Shown piece after piece: positions 39,218 to 50,487 of a stretch of DNA of 64,000 nucleotides. The stretch is taken from positions 1,440,001 through 1,504,000 of the forward strand of contig OY761158.1 in the NCBI GenBank assembly GCA_963664405.1, given 5' to 3'. The notes under the pieces were generated by a model, which worked only from the letters and a program-made list of their open reading frames with translations, searched no databases and was not told where the DNA came from. The stretch's first letter is position 1; each line of letters starts with the position of its first letter. Both the position numbers and the translations under genes were made by a program. The DNA comes from Thermoanaerobaculia bacterium. GTDB taxonomy: Bacteria; Acidobacteriota; Thermoanaerobaculia; Multivoradales; Multivoraceae.

Positions 39218-40370
39218 CGCGCTCTTTCTCGCCTCGCACTATCTGCGCTCTTCGCCGGGGCGCAGCCTGGTGCTCGTATTGGGGTCGACCGCGGCCGCAT
39301 TCCTGCCCCTCTTCACCTTTCTTGCCGCCGACCTCGTCGAAGACACTCTCCTGCGCCGCGCCCAAGCCTCACCCGTTCTCATCGGTGCCAAGGGCAATGA
39401 GTTCGATCTCAGCATGAGCTCTCTTTACTTCCGGGGTCAGGTCGCCGAGCCGGTCCCCGTTCGCGAGCTGGATCGACTGGGAACGAGGAACGGAACTCTC
39501 GCAATCCCCCTCTACGTCGCCCACAGTATCGGAGGAACACCGCTGGTCGGCACCAGCGTCGAGTACTTCTCGGCCCGCTCGCTGCGCCCGGCACAGGGGC
39601 GACTTCCCGCCCTGCTGGGAGAGGTTGTGGCGGGAGCCGAAGTCGCCCACCGCCTCCGCCTCGAGATCGGCGAGCATGTTCGCTCCGACCTCGCGAACCT
39701 CTACAACCTGGCCGGCGGCTATCCAGTACTCCTCGAAGTTGTCGGAATCCTCGAGCGCTCTTCAACCCCGGACGACGACGCTTACTTCGCGGATGTCAAA
39801 ACCACCTGGGTCCTCGACGGTCTTTTCCACGGCCACCAAGCAGTGACCCGTGAGCAGACCTTGAATCCGGACGCCGGCGAGGGCGAGAACATGGAAGCAA
39901 CTGCCGCCCTCTTTCTCTTCGCCGATCTCGACGAGAGCAACCGATCCAGCTACCACATGCACGGCAGCACCGGAGATGCGCCCCTGAGCTCCATTCTGGT
40001 GCTCCCGGAGAGTCAGAAGGACCACGACATCCTGCTCGGCGATTACGCCCTCGAGCAGAATCTTCAGGCGATCGAGCCGGAGACCGTCGTGCGGACGGTG
40101 TTGGGCATCGTGCTGCGCGCTCGTGACGCGCTCAGCGCCTTCTTCGTCGTCGTAGCACTTTCCACTCTCTGTTTCTTCGTCCTGGTCATCTCTCTCACTC
40201 TGCGGCTACGCCGCCGTGAAATCGATCTGATGCAGCGAATCGGTAGCGGGCGCTTCGCCATCGCGACCATCGTCGGAACCGAGATCGTGCTCGTCCTGCT
40301 CGCTTCCGCACTGCTCTCGAGCGGTCTCACCTGGGCCGGACTCGCCCTGATCCGCTCTCAGCTGGCGTAG
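39207..40370 (+). CDS. ABC transporter permease (FtsX/MacB-like)
   Basis: N-terminal TM helix, large periplasmic domain, three C-terminal TMs, RRREI.LM..IG. Confidence 0.85.
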   Translation: MLRDALFLASHYLRSSPGRSLVLVLGSTAAAFLPLFTFLAADLVEDTLLRRAQASPVLIGAKGNEFDLSMSSLYFRGQVAEPVPVRELDRLGTRNGTLAIPLYVAHSIGGTPLVGTSVEYFSARSLRPAQGRLPALLGEVVAGAEVAHRLRLEIGEHVRSDLANLYNLAGGYPVLLEVVGILERSSTPDDDAYFADVKTTWVLDGLFHGHQAVTREQTLNPDAGEGENMEATAALFLFADLDESNRSSYHMHGSTGDAPLSSILVLPESQKDHDILLGDYALEQNLQAIEPETVVRTVLGIVLRARDALSAFFVVVALSTLCFFVLVISLTLRLRRREIDLMQRIGSGRFAIATIVGTEIVLVLLASALLSSGLTWAGLALIRSQLA

Positions 40371-40392
40371 CCTCAGCGCGCGCGAGCGCGTC

Positions 40393-41829
40393 TCAGAGCA
40401 GTGCCCGTCGGCGCTTCGTTGCCTGCTCCAAGCTCCGTCGATAGTCGTCGGATTCCAACAGGCTTCGATGAAAGTCGCCCGCCTCACCGATCAGCCGGCC
40501 GGCCACATACATCGCGTGAATGGCTTGCGTCGTGTCGCCCATCGCCAGCGCGTTGAGGCCGGGCCGCTCGGGCCAGAATGCCGGATGCTCGAGGTCCCAC
40601 ACCAATAGATTCGCCAAAGCCCTCTCTTCCAGCACCCCCGCGCGAAAGGCCGGGTGGCCCTCGCCCGGGATCCTCCACACACGATCCAACAATCGTTCGG
40701 GCTCGGCCAGATCGGCCGCTCGCCCAAAGTGCTCACCGCGAGTGGACCAGGTCGACTCGGCATCGCGCTGCGCCCCCTCGGCGAGAAAGCGACGATAGTC
40801 GGAAGACCATGTCGTCCCCATCGATCGCTGACCCGCGACGTAGCGCAGCTCTTTCTGCAGGTTCATTGAATCGTTCGAAGGCGAGCAGTCGGTGGCAACG
40901 GCCCAGGACAGGCCGGCTGCGGAAAAACTCGCCGGGTCGGCCGGAAAAGCAAAGACGAGTTGGGAGTGAGGACAGAAGATCAACAGCACCCGATCCGGAT
41001 CCAAGAGCGCCAGCTCAGGGCGTGAAGCAAAGAGACAATGAGCAAAAACCCACCGTGGCACTCGCTCGAGCACGCCGAGCGACGCCAGCCAGCGCAAGGG
41101 CGTTGCCCCGCGCCGCTGGACACTGAAACGGTATTCCTCGATCGACTGAGCCAGGTGTGCGTGAATCGGCAAGGTGTGGGACTCGGCTATCTCCGCCGCC
41201 TCTCGCCACAGCTCGCCACTTGCCGTGTCAGTGGCATGAGGCCCCAGTGCGGCAAAGATGCCACGTTCGCCAAGGTCTGCCGAGCCGACGATCTCCAGGG
41301 TTGCCGCGATCTGCTGTCGGCTCTGTGCCATACCCGGCCCGGAAATGTCCTGCAAAGTAGGGGCGACTACCCCGGAGAGGCCTGTGTCGCACAGGGCCTC
41401 CACAATGGCAGCGCCGTGATAGTAGTGATCCCAGACCAGGCCCACGCCCTGAAGCAGGCTCTCGTAGGCGCCCATGCGCGAGAAGGCGAGCACGTCCTCC
41501 GGCTCGAGCCTGCTCTCGATCTCGAAGTAGAGCTGCCGCACCATATTGCCCTCGAGAACCTCCCGCTCGGCGAAGCCGCGCAGGAAGCCGAGGGAGAGAT
41601 GGGTGTGCGGGTTGACGAAGGCGGGAGTGATGAGACGATCTCCGAAAGACGAAGCTGTGGTGCCGAGCTCGGCGCCCCAGGCCGCCAGCTCATCCTCGAA
41701 TCCGGCCGCGGAGAGCGGCCGCACCTCGCGAATGCGAGACCCGTCAATCAGGATTGCGGCAGGAGCTACGTGATGCCCGCTCTCGCCGCTTCCGCACGCG
41801 ACCTGTCTCGAAGCAATCAGCTTGGTCAT
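40393..41829 (-). CDS. Amidohydrolase (SsnA/MtaD-like deaminase family)
   Basis: PAFVNPHTH, GPHA, HAHLAQ, AHC and ATD motifs. Confidence 0.88.
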   Translation of the reverse strand: MTKLIASRQVACGSGESGHHVAPAAILIDGSRIREVRPLSAAGFEDELAAWGAELGTTASSFGDRLITPAFVNPHTHLSLGFLRGFAEREVLEGNMVRQLYFEIESRLEPEDVLAFSRMGAYESLLQGVGLVWDHYYHGAAIVEALCDTGLSGVVAPTLQDISGPGMAQSRQQIAATLEIVGSADLGERGIFAALGPHATDTASGELWREAAEIAESHTLPIHAHLAQSIEEYRFSVQRRGATPLRWLASLGVLERVPRWVFAHCLFASRPELALLDPDRVLLIFCPHSQLVFAFPADPASFSAAGLSWAVATDCSPSNDSMNLQKELRYVAGQRSMGTTWSSDYRRFLAEGAQRDAESTWSTRGEHFGRAADLAEPERLLDRVWRIPGEGHPAFRAGVLEERALANLLVWDLEHPAFWPERPGLNALAMGDTTQAIHAMYVAGRLIGEAGDFHRSLLESDDYRRSLEQATKRRRALL

Positions 41830-41873
41830 CGGAGGGCAGTCCGCCACACATCGAATGCGCGAGGAGCCAGACC

Positions 41874-43892
41874 TCAGTGCACGCGCATGCCCGGCTCAGC
41901 GCCCTCGTCAGGGTGCAGGAGAAAAATCTCGCTCCCTCCTTCTCCCGCAGCCAGAACCATGCCTTCGGAAACGCCAAAGCGCATCTTCCGCGGCGCCAGG
42001 TTCGCGACCACGATGGTCATCCGGCCGGCGAGACTCGCGGGGTCATAGGCAGCCTTGATCCCCGCCAGCACGGTGCGCTCTTCGCCGCCGAGGTCGAGCT
42101 GCAGCCGAATCAGCTTGTCGGCGCCTTCCACCGGCGTCGCCTCGATGATGCGCGCGACACGGAAGTCCAGCTTGGCAAAATCTTCGTAGCTGATCTCGGG
42201 CTCGATGGGGTTCTCCGTCAAGCCCCCCGGGGAGGGCTCGTCGGGCAACTCTTCTTTGGAGCTCTCGATCATCTTCTCGATCGCCTTTTCGTCGACCCGA
42301 GTCATCAGAGCACTATAGCGGTTGATCTCGTGATCCAGGAGCGGTCTGGTGGCATCTTGCCACTGCAAATCAGAGACCCGGAGAAACGCCTCGGCGTTGG
42401 CCGCCGTAACCGGCAGGATCGGCCTCAGATAAACCATCAGGGTGCGAAAGAGATTAATTCCCGTGGTGAGGACCTTGTGCAGCTCGTCGCGGCGGTCCGG
42501 GTCCTTCGCCATCTCCCAAGGCTTGCGCTCGTCGATGTACTTATTGGCATCGTCCGCCAGCGCCATGATCATGCGCACCGCGCGGTTGTAGTTTCGTCCT
42601 TCGAGCTGCGAAGCGATCTCCTCGGCCTGGCCGGCCGCCAGTGCCACCAGCTCCGGATTGTCGAGCGAGATCCCGAGTCGACCGTCGAAGATACGATGGA
42701 GAAAACCGGCGCAGCGGCTGGCGATATTGACCACCTTCCCCACCACGTCGGAGTTGACACGGTTGACGAAGTCTTCGAAATTGATGTCTATGTCGCCCAT
42801 TCCGGTGCCCAACTTGGCGGCGTAGTAGTAGCGCAGGTACTCCGGGTTGAGGTGATCGAGGTATGTTCGAGCGGTGATGTAGGTCCCTCGCGACTTCGAC
42901 ATCTTGGCCCCGTCCACCGTCACGAAGCCATGAACGTAGACCGCTGTCGGCATCCGGAAGCCGGCGGCGTGAAGCATCGCCGGCCAGAACAGACAGTGGA
43001 AGTAGACAACGTCCTTGCCGATGAAGTGATAGACCTCGGCCTCGCTGTCGGCCTTCCAATACTCGTCGAAGTCGAGTCCGAGGCGGTTGGCGTACTCTTT
43101 GAACGACGCCATGTAGCCTATCGGGGCGTCGAGCCAGACATAGAAGTACTTGCCCGGCGCATCGGGTATCTCGAAACCGAAGTACGGCGCGTCGCGAGAG
43201 ATGTCCCAGTCTTTGAGCCCCTCGGAAAACCACTCCTCGAGCTTGTTGACTACTTCCGACTGGAGGCGCTGCGGTGTGACCCAGGCACGGAGTAGTTTCT
43301 CGAAGTCCGCAAGCTTGATGAAGTAGTGCTCAGAGTCCCTCTCTTCAGGCTTGGCCCCGGAATACGCCGAGACCGCATCGATGAGATCCACTGGACTGTA
43401 GATAGCGCCGCAGACCTCACAATTGTCGCCGCTCTGGTTCTCCGACTTGCACTTTGGGCAGGTGCCTCTGATAAAGCGGTCGGCGAGAAAGATCCCGCGC
43501 TCAGGGTCGTAGAACTGGCGCACATTCCGAGTGGTGACGTGGCCCCCTTCGCTCAGTCGGCGGTAGAAGTACTCCGCCAGCTCCCGATTCTCGGGAGAGT
43601 GCGTGGAGTAGTAATTGTCGATACCGACAGCGAAGTCAGCAAGATCGCGAGCGTGCTCTCCCTGGAGACGCGCGATCAGCTCTTCGACTCCGATCCCCTC
43701 CTCCTCTGCACGCAGCATGGTGGCCGTGCCATGTGCATCGTCGGCACAGACATAGCGGCAATCGTGCCCTCTCATCCTCTGTAGGCGCACCCAGATGTCG
43801 GTCTGGATCGCCTCCACCAAATAGCCGAGATGAATCGGCCCATTGGCGTTTGGAAGGGCGCTGGTAACGAGGATCTTGCGTGGTTTGGACAT
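41874..43892 (-). CDS. metG: Methionine--tRNA ligase
   Basis: HIGH-like HLGY, DDAHG, CPKC/CEVC knuckle, [15 protein letters not shown] and C-terminal tRNA-binding domain. Confidence 0.97.
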   Translation of the reverse strand: MSKPRKILVTSALPNANGPIHLGYLVEAIQTDIWVRLQRMRGHDCRYVCADDAHGTATMLRAEEEGIGVEELIARLQGEHARDLADFAVGIDNYYSTHSPENRELAEYFYRRLSEGGHVTTRNVRQFYDPERGIFLADRFIRGTCPKCKSENQSGDNCEVCGAIYSPVDLIDAVSAYSGAKPEERDSEHYFIKLADFEKLLRAWVTPQRLQSEVVNKLEEWFSEGLKDWDISRDAPYFGFEIPDAPGKYFYVWLDAPIGYMASFKEYANRLGLDFDEYWKADSEAEVYHFIGKDVVYFHCLFWPAMLHAAGFRMPTAVYVHGFVTVDGAKMSKSRGTYITARTYLDHLNPEYLRYYYAAKLGTGMGDIDINFEDFVNRVNSDVVGKVVNIASRCAGFLHRIFDGRLGISLDNPELVALAAGQAEEIASQLEGRNYNRAVRMIMALADDANKYIDERKPWEMAKDPDRRDELHKVLTTGINLFRTLMVYLRPILPVTAANAEAFLRVSDLQWQDATRPLLDHEINRYSALMTRVDEKAIEKMIESSKEELPDEPSPGGLTENPIEPEISYEDFAKLDFRVARIIEATPVEGADKLIRLQLDLGGEERTVLAGIKAAYDPASLAGRMTIVVANLAPRKMRFGVSEGMVLAAGEGGSEIFLLHPDEGAEPGMRVH

Positions 43893-43957
43893 GGCGAAGG
43901 TAGGCCGAGAAGGGAGGCGGGATTCTTTCACGCGGCCAACCTTTCCTCAACGACAGG

Positions 43958-44123
43958 CTAGACCAGCGCTTCCAAAGTTCGTGCTGCATAGCTCGAGGTC
44001 ATTCTGTTCGCTGGCTAGGCGCGCTGACGGAGGCATATTGGGCAATGTGTCGAGGAGGCGAAACGACGCCAGCGGGCAGAAGGGCCCGAGATATGTGCGC
44101 GAACTTTGGAAACGCTGGTCTAG
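43958..44123. repeat. Palindromic element, subfamily A
   Basis: 166 bp, CTAG to CTAG; only a few substitutions relative to 627-792; lies between the divergent metG and substrate-binding protein genes. Confidence 0.95.
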
Positions 44124-44135
44124 GATGGCCTCATC

Positions 44136-45332
44136 GTGCCAGGCACCTTCCCTTTCGCTCGCGGTGCCGTTGTCGCCGGCACGTTGGCATCTCTGTTTGG
44201 GGGATGCTCCCCGACACCCGCGCCGCCCTTTACGGTAGCTCCCTGCAACGAGGGTACCGAGCGCGCCACGATTCCAACCGACCAGCGAGTCGTGCCTCGC
44301 CACGCGAGTAGGTTCCGAGTTGACTACCAGGACGGGCACAAAAGGATCGACATCGTTGACCCGTGGAGAGGCGCTCAATTCGACATCAGCTTCGTGCTCC
44401 TTCCCTGCGGCGAAGAGGCGCCACCCCTCGACCCCGAGACTGTAATCCTGCGAATACCACCACAGCGGGTGGTGACGACCTCGACTACGCAGCTGCCGCA
44501 CTTCATCGCTCTCGATGTCATTGACCATCTTGCCGGCCACAACCGATTCGACTACGTGAGCTCGCCGGAGATCCGCGAGCGCATCGACGCGGGCACGCTG
44601 GTGGAAGTCGGCGACGGCGTACGTCTCAACCCCGAGATGCTCATCGAGCTCGAGCCGGATCTGGTTCTCGCCACCAGTATCGGCAACCCAGAGCTCGACG
44701 TGCTCGGCATGCTGCGAGGGCTCGATCTTCCTTTTGCACTGGACTCGGCATTCATCGAAGAGACCCCACTGGGCCGGGCGGAGTGGATCAAGTTCACCGC
44801 CCTCTTCTTTGACAAAGAGGCCGAAGCAAACCTCCTCTTTGACGGCATCGAAGCTCGATACCAAGCGCTCGCCGAGCTCGGCCGCTCGGCGGCGCGACGA
44901 CCCACCGTGCTCGTGGGTACGCCCTTCCAGGGTACCTGGCACGTCTCCGGCGGAGCCGCCTATCAAGCACGCCTTATCGCGGATGCCGGTGGTTCGTATC
45001 TCTGGGCCGACGATCCGTCGAGCGGGGCCATCCCACTCGACTTCGAAGCGGTTTACGCGCGAGGTCTCAGCGCCGACGTATGGCTCCATCCTTATGGTTG
45101 GAGCAGCCTGAACGATGGCATCCGTTTGGACTCCCGGATGGGTGACTTCGCCGCCTTCCAGAGCGGCCAGGTCTTCAACAACGACAAGCGAACCAACGCG
45201 CACGGAGGCAACGACTACTGGGAGACCGGAAGCCTACGTCCGGACCTCATCCTGGCCGACCTCCTTCACATCCTCCATCCCGAGCTCCTCCCCGATCACG
45301 AGATGGTGTTTCACCGTCGCCTCCCGCAGTGA
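44136..45332 (+). CDS. ABC substrate-binding lipoprotein (cobalamin/Fe-siderophore class)
   Basis: Lipobox FGGC; EETPLGRAEWIKF, DAGG.Y and NDYWE.G..RPDLIL.DL..ILHP motifs. Confidence 0.85.
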   Translation: MPGTFPFARGAVVAGTLASLFGGCSPTPAPPFTVAPCNEGTERATIPTDQRVVPRHASRFRVDYQDGHKRIDIVDPWRGAQFDISFVLLPCGEEAPPLDPETVILRIPPQRVVTTSTTQLPHFIALDVIDHLAGHNRFDYVSSPEIRERIDAGTLVEVGDGVRLNPEMLIELEPDLVLATSIGNPELDVLGMLRGLDLPFALDSAFIEETPLGRAEWIKFTALFFDKEAEANLLFDGIEARYQALAELGRSAARRPTVLVGTPFQGTWHVSGGAAYQARLIADAGGSYLWADDPSSGAIPLDFEAVYARGLSADVWLHPYGWSSLNDGIRLDSRMGDFAAFQSGQVFNNDKRTNAHGGNDYWETGSLRPDLILADLLHILHPELLPDHEMVFHRRLPQ

Positions 45333-45390
45333 GTCGCGATGATGTAGAGTCCCTGGGTTTTAGAGAGGCCGCCTCTCCTGTGGGGACGTC

Positions 45391-48030
45391 GTGAGCAGCA
45401 CAGAGAAAAGTCTAGTCATCGTCGAGTCGCCGGCCAAGGCGCGCACCATCGCCTCTTTCTTGCCCAAGGGCTTCCAGGTGGAGGCGTCGATCGGTCACAT
45501 CCGCGACCTTCCGACATCGGCCGCGGAGATTCCGGCAAGCATCAAGGGCAACTCGTGGGCGCGTCTCGGAATCGATATCGAGAACGGCTTCAAGCCCTTC
45601 TACGTCGTTCCTTCCGAGAAGCGAAAGCAGGTCCAGAAGCTCAAGAAGGCGCTCAAAGATGCCGACGTCGTCTACCTCGCAACTGACGAAGATCGGGAGG
45701 GAGAGTCGATCAGTTGGCATCTCACCGAGGTGCTCAAGCCGAAGGTCCCTCTCCGGCGGCTGGTCTTTCACGAGATCACCAAAGAAGCCATCCAGCGAGC
45801 TTTGGAGCAGCCTCGCGAGCTCGACCAGGGTTTGGTCCGGGCGCAAGAAGCTCGCCGCATTCTCGACCGCCTTTACGGCTACGAGATCTCGCCTATCTTG
45901 TGGCGCAAGATCCGACCCCGCTTGTCGGCCGGGCGAGTACAGTCGGTAGCGGTTCGCCTCTGTGTCGATCGCGAGCGCCTACGGCGCCGCTTCGTGCGTT
46001 CCGGCTACTGGGATCTACGTGCCACTTTCGTAACCGACAAGAACGAGAGCTTCGAGGCTGACCTGGTCCGCATCGGGGAGAATCGTCTGGTCAGCGGCAA
46101 AGACTTCGACTCCGCGACCGGCGATCTCAAGGCCGACGCAGCCGGCCTGCTTCAACTCTCGGAGGAGCGAGCCCTCGAGCTAGCCGAAGGGCTCAAAGAG
46201 GCATCGTGGCAGGTGAGCGAGGTCGAGGAGCGGCCGTACACGACCAACCCGGCGCCGCCCTTCACCACCAGCACTCTCCAACAGGACGCCAATCGCACGC
46301 TGCGATACAGCGCACGCCGAACGATGCAGATCGCGCAGCGCCTTTACGAGAACGGTCACATCACCTACATGCGTACCGACTCCACGACTTTGGCGGAGTC
46401 GGCAGTCACCAGCATCCGCTCGCTGATCCAAAAACGGTATGGAGAGGAGTATCTTTCCTCCAAGAGCCTCCAGTACAGCACCAAGGTCAAGAATGCCCAG
46501 GAGGCCCACGAAGCCATTCGTCCCTCGAGCGTCTTCAAAAGACCTCGCGAGCTCGCCCAAGAGGTCGGAAGCGATGAGCTCAAGCTCTACGAGCTCATCT
46601 GGAAGCGCACCATGGCTTGTCAGATGGCACAGGCACGGGGCCATAACGTGACCGTCAGAGTGTCGGATAGCGAGGCCGTCTTTGCGGCAAGAGGCAAAAC
46701 GATCGAGTTCCCGGGTTTCCTGCGCGCCTACGCGGAAGGGTCCGACGAGCCGGCCGCCGTCTTGGCCGATCGGGAGATCCTGCTGCCCCGGGTTGCAGTG
46801 GACGAGGCTCTCGACTGCAGCAACCTCGATGCTCGCGGCCACACCACCCAGCCGCCCGCCCGCTACACGGAAGCCTCCCTGGTGAAGGAGCTCGAAGCAA
46901 AAGGCATCGGCCGCCCTTCGACCTACGCCTCGATCATGGACACGATTCTGCACCGCGAATATGTCGTGAAACAGGGCAACGCACTGGTACCGACATTCAC
47001 CGCTTTCGCCGTCGTCAAACTGCTCGAAAACTTCTTCGCCGACCTGGTCGATGTCGACTTCACCGCCCGAATGGAGAATGCCCTCGACGAGATCTCTCTC
47101 GGCAAGAGGGAGTCCCTCCCCTACCTACACCGTATCTACTACGGCCTCGACAACGAACAAGGGCTCCACGCCTTGACCCTGCAGGACATCGACGCCCGAG
47201 AGTCGTGCACACTCCTGGTGGCCAATGACGAGAACGGCGAGGCGGTCAACGTTCGTGTCGGCCGCTACGGTCCTTACATCGAGCGCGGCGACGAGCGGGC
47301 GTCGATACCGGACAAGGTCACGCCGGACGAGCTCTCTCTAGAGATGGCTCTCGAGCTTCTCGAAAAAGGCTCGGGGCCCCGTGAGCTCGGTCTCGACGAT
47401 GCCTCCGGAAAGCAGGTGTACGTGAAGACCGGCCGCTTTGGTGCGTACGTACAGCTCGGCGACGCGGACGACGACGAGAAGCCCAAGATGAAGTCTTTGC
47501 TGCCCGCGATGGAGGCGGAGACCGTTGGAATCGAGGAGGCTTTGGCGCTCCTTTCTCTGCCCCGCTCGATCGGCGTCGACCCGCAAACCGGCGAAGAGAT
47601 CTTTGTCGATCTCGGCCGTTACGGGGCCTATGTCAAGAGCGGGAAGGAGACCCGCAGCCTCGACGCTCCCGAGCAGGTACTCACCGTCAGTCTCGACCAG
47701 GCCGTCGCCAAGCTTCGAGAAGAAAAGAAAAGCCGACGCGGCGCACCAGCGGTTCTCAAAGAGCTCGGGAATAACCCCGAAGGCGTGGCGATCCGGCTTC
47801 TCGACGGTCGTTTTGGCCCCTATGTAGCCGACGGTAAAACCAATGCGTCGGTGCCGAAGGGTACAGATCCCGACAGCGTGACTCTGCAGGACGCTCTCGA
47901 CCTGATTCAGATCAGAGAGGCCAAGGGTCCACGCAAACGACCTGCCCGCGCCAAAAAGAAAGTCGCCAAAAAGAAGGTCGCTAAGAAGAAGGCAGCGAGG
48001 AAAAAGGCCACCGCCAAGAAAAAGACCTGA
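45391..48030 (+). CDS. topA: DNA topoisomerase I
   Basis: LVIVESPAKA, ATDEDREGE, SAGRVQS, ITYMRTDS, QEAHEAIRP and GIGRPSTYA motifs; GRYG repeats and a Lys-rich tail. Confidence 0.97.
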   Translation: MSSTEKSLVIVESPAKARTIASFLPKGFQVEASIGHIRDLPTSAAEIPASIKGNSWARLGIDIENGFKPFYVVPSEKRKQVQKLKKALKDADVVYLATDEDREGESISWHLTEVLKPKVPLRRLVFHEITKEAIQRALEQPRELDQGLVRAQEARRILDRLYGYEISPILWRKIRPRLSAGRVQSVAVRLCVDRERLRRRFVRSGYWDLRATFVTDKNESFEADLVRIGENRLVSGKDFDSATGDLKADAAGLLQLSEERALELAEGLKEASWQVSEVEERPYTTNPAPPFTTSTLQQDANRTLRYSARRTMQIAQRLYENGHITYMRTDSTTLAESAVTSIRSLIQKRYGEEYLSSKSLQYSTKVKNAQEAHEAIRPSSVFKRPRELAQEVGSDELKLYELIWKRTMACQMAQARGHNVTVRVSDSEAVFAARGKTIEFPGFLRAYAEGSDEPAAVLADREILLPRVAVDEALDCSNLDARGHTTQPPARYTEASLVKELEAKGIGRPSTYASIMDTILHREYVVKQGNALVPTFTAFAVVKLLENFFADLVDVDFTARMENALDEISLGKRESLPYLHRIYYGLDNEQGLHALTLQDIDARESCTLLVANDENGEAVNVRVGRYGPYIERGDERASIPDKVTPDELSLEMALELLEKGSGPRELGLDDASGKQVYVKTGRFGAYVQLGDADDDEKPKMKSLLPAMEAETVGIEEALALLSLPRSIGVDPQTGEEIFVDLGRYGAYVKSGKETRSLDAPEQVLTVSLDQAVAKLREEKKSRRGAPAVLKELGNNPEGVAIRLLDGRFGPYVADGKTNASVPKGTDPDSVTLQDALDLIQIREAKGPRKRPARAKKKVAKKKVAKKKAARKKATAKKKT

Positions 48031-48191
48031 CCGACACGGTCCAAAGCCCGGACGGCCTCCAAATGCGCCGTCCCTGGCGCCATGTCACGCCCTTAACGGC
48101 CGGAGGGATAGATCCCAAGTTATAGTTTCAGATTGCCGCGGACCCTAGGCCACGCCGGATCCGCGACCTGACCACGATAAGAGGAAGAACG

Positions 48192-49358
48192 ATGGATCTG
48201 AGCACCTCACCTCAGCAGGAAGCACTCCTAGCCAGCGTGCGACAGGCCTGCGCCCGCTTCGACGACGACTACTGGCTCGACCTCGACAATCGCGCAGAGT
48301 TCCCCTTCGAATTTCACACCGCGATGGCGGAGGCTGGAGTGCTCGGCATAGCGATGCCCGAGCAATATGGGGGCACCGGTCTGGGCGTAACCGAAGCGGC
48401 TCTGGTGATGCACGAGGTCGCCCGCTCCTCGGGAGCCATGAGCGCCGCTTCGGCCATCCACATCAACATCTTCGGCCCACACCCCATCGTCGTCTTCGGC
48501 ACTGAAGAGCAGCGCCAACGCTGGCTCCCGGATCTCATCGAGGGTCGCGTGAAGACCTGTTTCGGTGTTACCGAGGCCGACGCCGGGCTCGACACCACCA
48601 GCATCAAGACTCGTGCCGATCGCGATGGCGACCACTACCGCGTCAACGGCAAGAAAATCTGGACCACCACCGCCCAGGAAGCAGACAAGATCATGCTTCT
48701 CACCCGTACGACCGCCAAGGAAGACAGCCGCAAGCGGACCGACGGGCTCACTCTCTTCTACACCGACCTCGACCGAGATTACGTCGACGTTCGGGTGATC
48801 CCCAAGATGGGCCGTGCCGCGGTCGACTCCAACGAGGTCTTTTTCGATGACCTACCGGTACCCGCAGCCGATCGAATCGGCGAAGAGGGCAGGGCCTTCG
48901 AGTACCTTCTCCACAGCCTCAACCCCGAGCGCATTCTGATCGGCGCCGAGGCCGTTGGAATCGGCCGCAACGCGCTCGCGCGGGCTGCCGACTACGCCCG
49001 CGAACGGGTTGTCTTCGGCCGCCCCATAGGTAAGAACCAATCGATTCAGCATCCTCTGGCCGAGAGCTGGATGGAGCTCGAGGCCGCATTTCTCATGTGT
49101 CTGCGCGCCGCCGACCTCTATGACACAGGCGAGCCCTGCGGTCCCCACGCGAATGCCGCCAAGTACCTCGGTGCCGAAGCCGGGTTTCGGGCCTGCACAC
49201 GGGCGGTCATGACCCACGGCGGCATGGGCTACGCCAAGGAGTACCACGTCGAGCGTCTGATGCGGGAGATCATGATCGCGCGTTTGGCGCCGGTGAGCCC
49301 TCAACTCATTCTCTGCAATGTGGCGGAGAAGGTGCTCGGGCTGCCGAAGAGCTACTGA
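48192..49358 (+). CDS. Acyl-CoA dehydrogenase
   Basis: FGVTEADAG, NGKKIWT, ERVVFGRPI and HGGMGY motifs. Confidence 0.95.
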   Translation: MDLSTSPQQEALLASVRQACARFDDDYWLDLDNRAEFPFEFHTAMAEAGVLGIAMPEQYGGTGLGVTEAALVMHEVARSSGAMSAASAIHINIFGPHPIVVFGTEEQRQRWLPDLIEGRVKTCFGVTEADAGLDTTSIKTRADRDGDHYRVNGKKIWTTTAQEADKIMLLTRTTAKEDSRKRTDGLTLFYTDLDRDYVDVRVIPKMGRAAVDSNEVFFDDLPVPAADRIGEEGRAFEYLLHSLNPERILIGAEAVGIGRNALARAADYARERVVFGRPIGKNQSIQHPLAESWMELEAAFLMCLRAADLYDTGEPCGPHANAAKYLGAEAGFRACTRAVMTHGGMGYAKEYHVERLMREIMIARLAPVSPQLILCNVAEKVLGLPKSY

Positions 49359-49367
49359 GGGGGAGAA

Positions 49368-50474
49368 GTGAAGCAGACTCGAGCCCATAGCCTCGACCGC
49401 GACCTGAGCGCCGGCGCCGTCTGCCTAACTGTTTTACTGGCGAGTCCCGCTCTCGCCGCAGAGCGCTACGCTCTCGACATCGCCGTCAGCGATGACGCGA
49501 GCAAGACACCTCTGATCCTTCTCAAGGACACCGAGGCGCAAGTCGAAGCCGCGATCGCCCCCTCGAAGGGAGGGGAGCTGAGTGGCCTCAAGGTCCACTA
49601 CCAGGGCCGCTGGATCGAGACCTTGTACTTGGCTCGAGACTACTCGCCGCGCGAGAGCTGGAAAGGGAAGGCGCCCCTTCTATGGCCGGCGACAGGACGC
49701 AACTTTCCGCCCGACCTGGAGGCCCGGCGCAAGGCCGGCGAGGACTTCAGCGACGGCGCCTATCTTGTCGAAGGCAAGCGATACGAGATGCCTATCCATG
49801 GATTCGCCCGCGATCTGCCATGGCGGGTGACCCAGAAAGCGGCAACCGACCGAAGCGTCTCGGCAACAGTCTCACTGAGCGACACACCCGAGACCCGGCT
49901 GCGCTATCCCTTCGGGTTCGCCATCGACGCGGTCTATACGATCCAAGAAGGCGCCCTCACAATCGGGTACCAAATCCACGCAGCGAAAGCCAACGAAGGT
50001 GAGATGCCCTTCTCGATCGGCAATCACATCACTTTCACCAGCCCTCTCGTAGCCGGCACCGACCCGACTGAAATGGAGCTCGCCACGCCCTCGACAACGG
50101 AGCTCCTGAGAACCGCATACGGCACTCCGACCGGAGAAAGCCGCCCCCGCAATCTGGCCGCGGGTGTCAAGCTCGGCGGCTTCGAACGGCTCAGCGCCGT
50201 GCCGCTGACGGGATACGAGGGCGACCCTTACGTCATCTACAGCGATCCACAGGGGCTGGCGATCCGCATGTCGCACCGGGCATCCGAGATTCCGCCGCAA
50301 CCGGTAGTGCTCTTCAATAACTGGGGAGACGTCCGCGGCGGGTTCTTCAGCCCCGAGCCCTGGGTCGGACTGCCGAACTCACTCGTCCTCGGCAAAGGAC
50401 TGACCCGACTCGCGCCCGGCGACACTTTCAGCTGGACGATCCGTATAGAGTTCAGCCGGAGCGGGCAGGAGTAG
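49368..50474 (+). CDS. Aldose 1-epimerase / galactose mutarotase-like exported protein
   Basis: APLLWP, HGFARD, YPF.F, GNHI and EPW motifs; signal peptide. Confidence 0.85.
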   Translation: MKQTRAHSLDRDLSAGAVCLTVLLASPALAAERYALDIAVSDDASKTPLILLKDTEAQVEAAIAPSKGGELSGLKVHYQGRWIETLYLARDYSPRESWKGKAPLLWPATGRNFPPDLEARRKAGEDFSDGAYLVEGKRYEMPIHGFARDLPWRVTQKAATDRSVSATVSLSDTPETRLRYPFGFAIDAVYTIQEGALTIGYQIHAAKANEGEMPFSIGNHITFTSPLVAGTDPTEMELATPSTTELLRTAYGTPTGESRPRNLAAGVKLGGFERLSAVPLTGYEGDPYVIYSDPQGLAIRMSHRASEIPPQPVVLFNNWGDVRGGFFSPEPWVGLPNSLVLGKGLTRLAPGDTFSWTIRIEFSRSGQE

Positions 50475-50487
50475 ACCGGGGCCGAAG

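Noticed and set aside
41754-43295. 513-aa plus-strand ORF (similarly 5480-6646, 52073-53251, 60215-61483, 62028-63128)
   Set aside because: Antisense shadows of well-supported genes, expected in high-GC DNA.
47935-48030. KKKVA-type repeats at the end of topA
   Set aside because: Ordinary Lys/Ala-rich tail of this topoisomerase I type.
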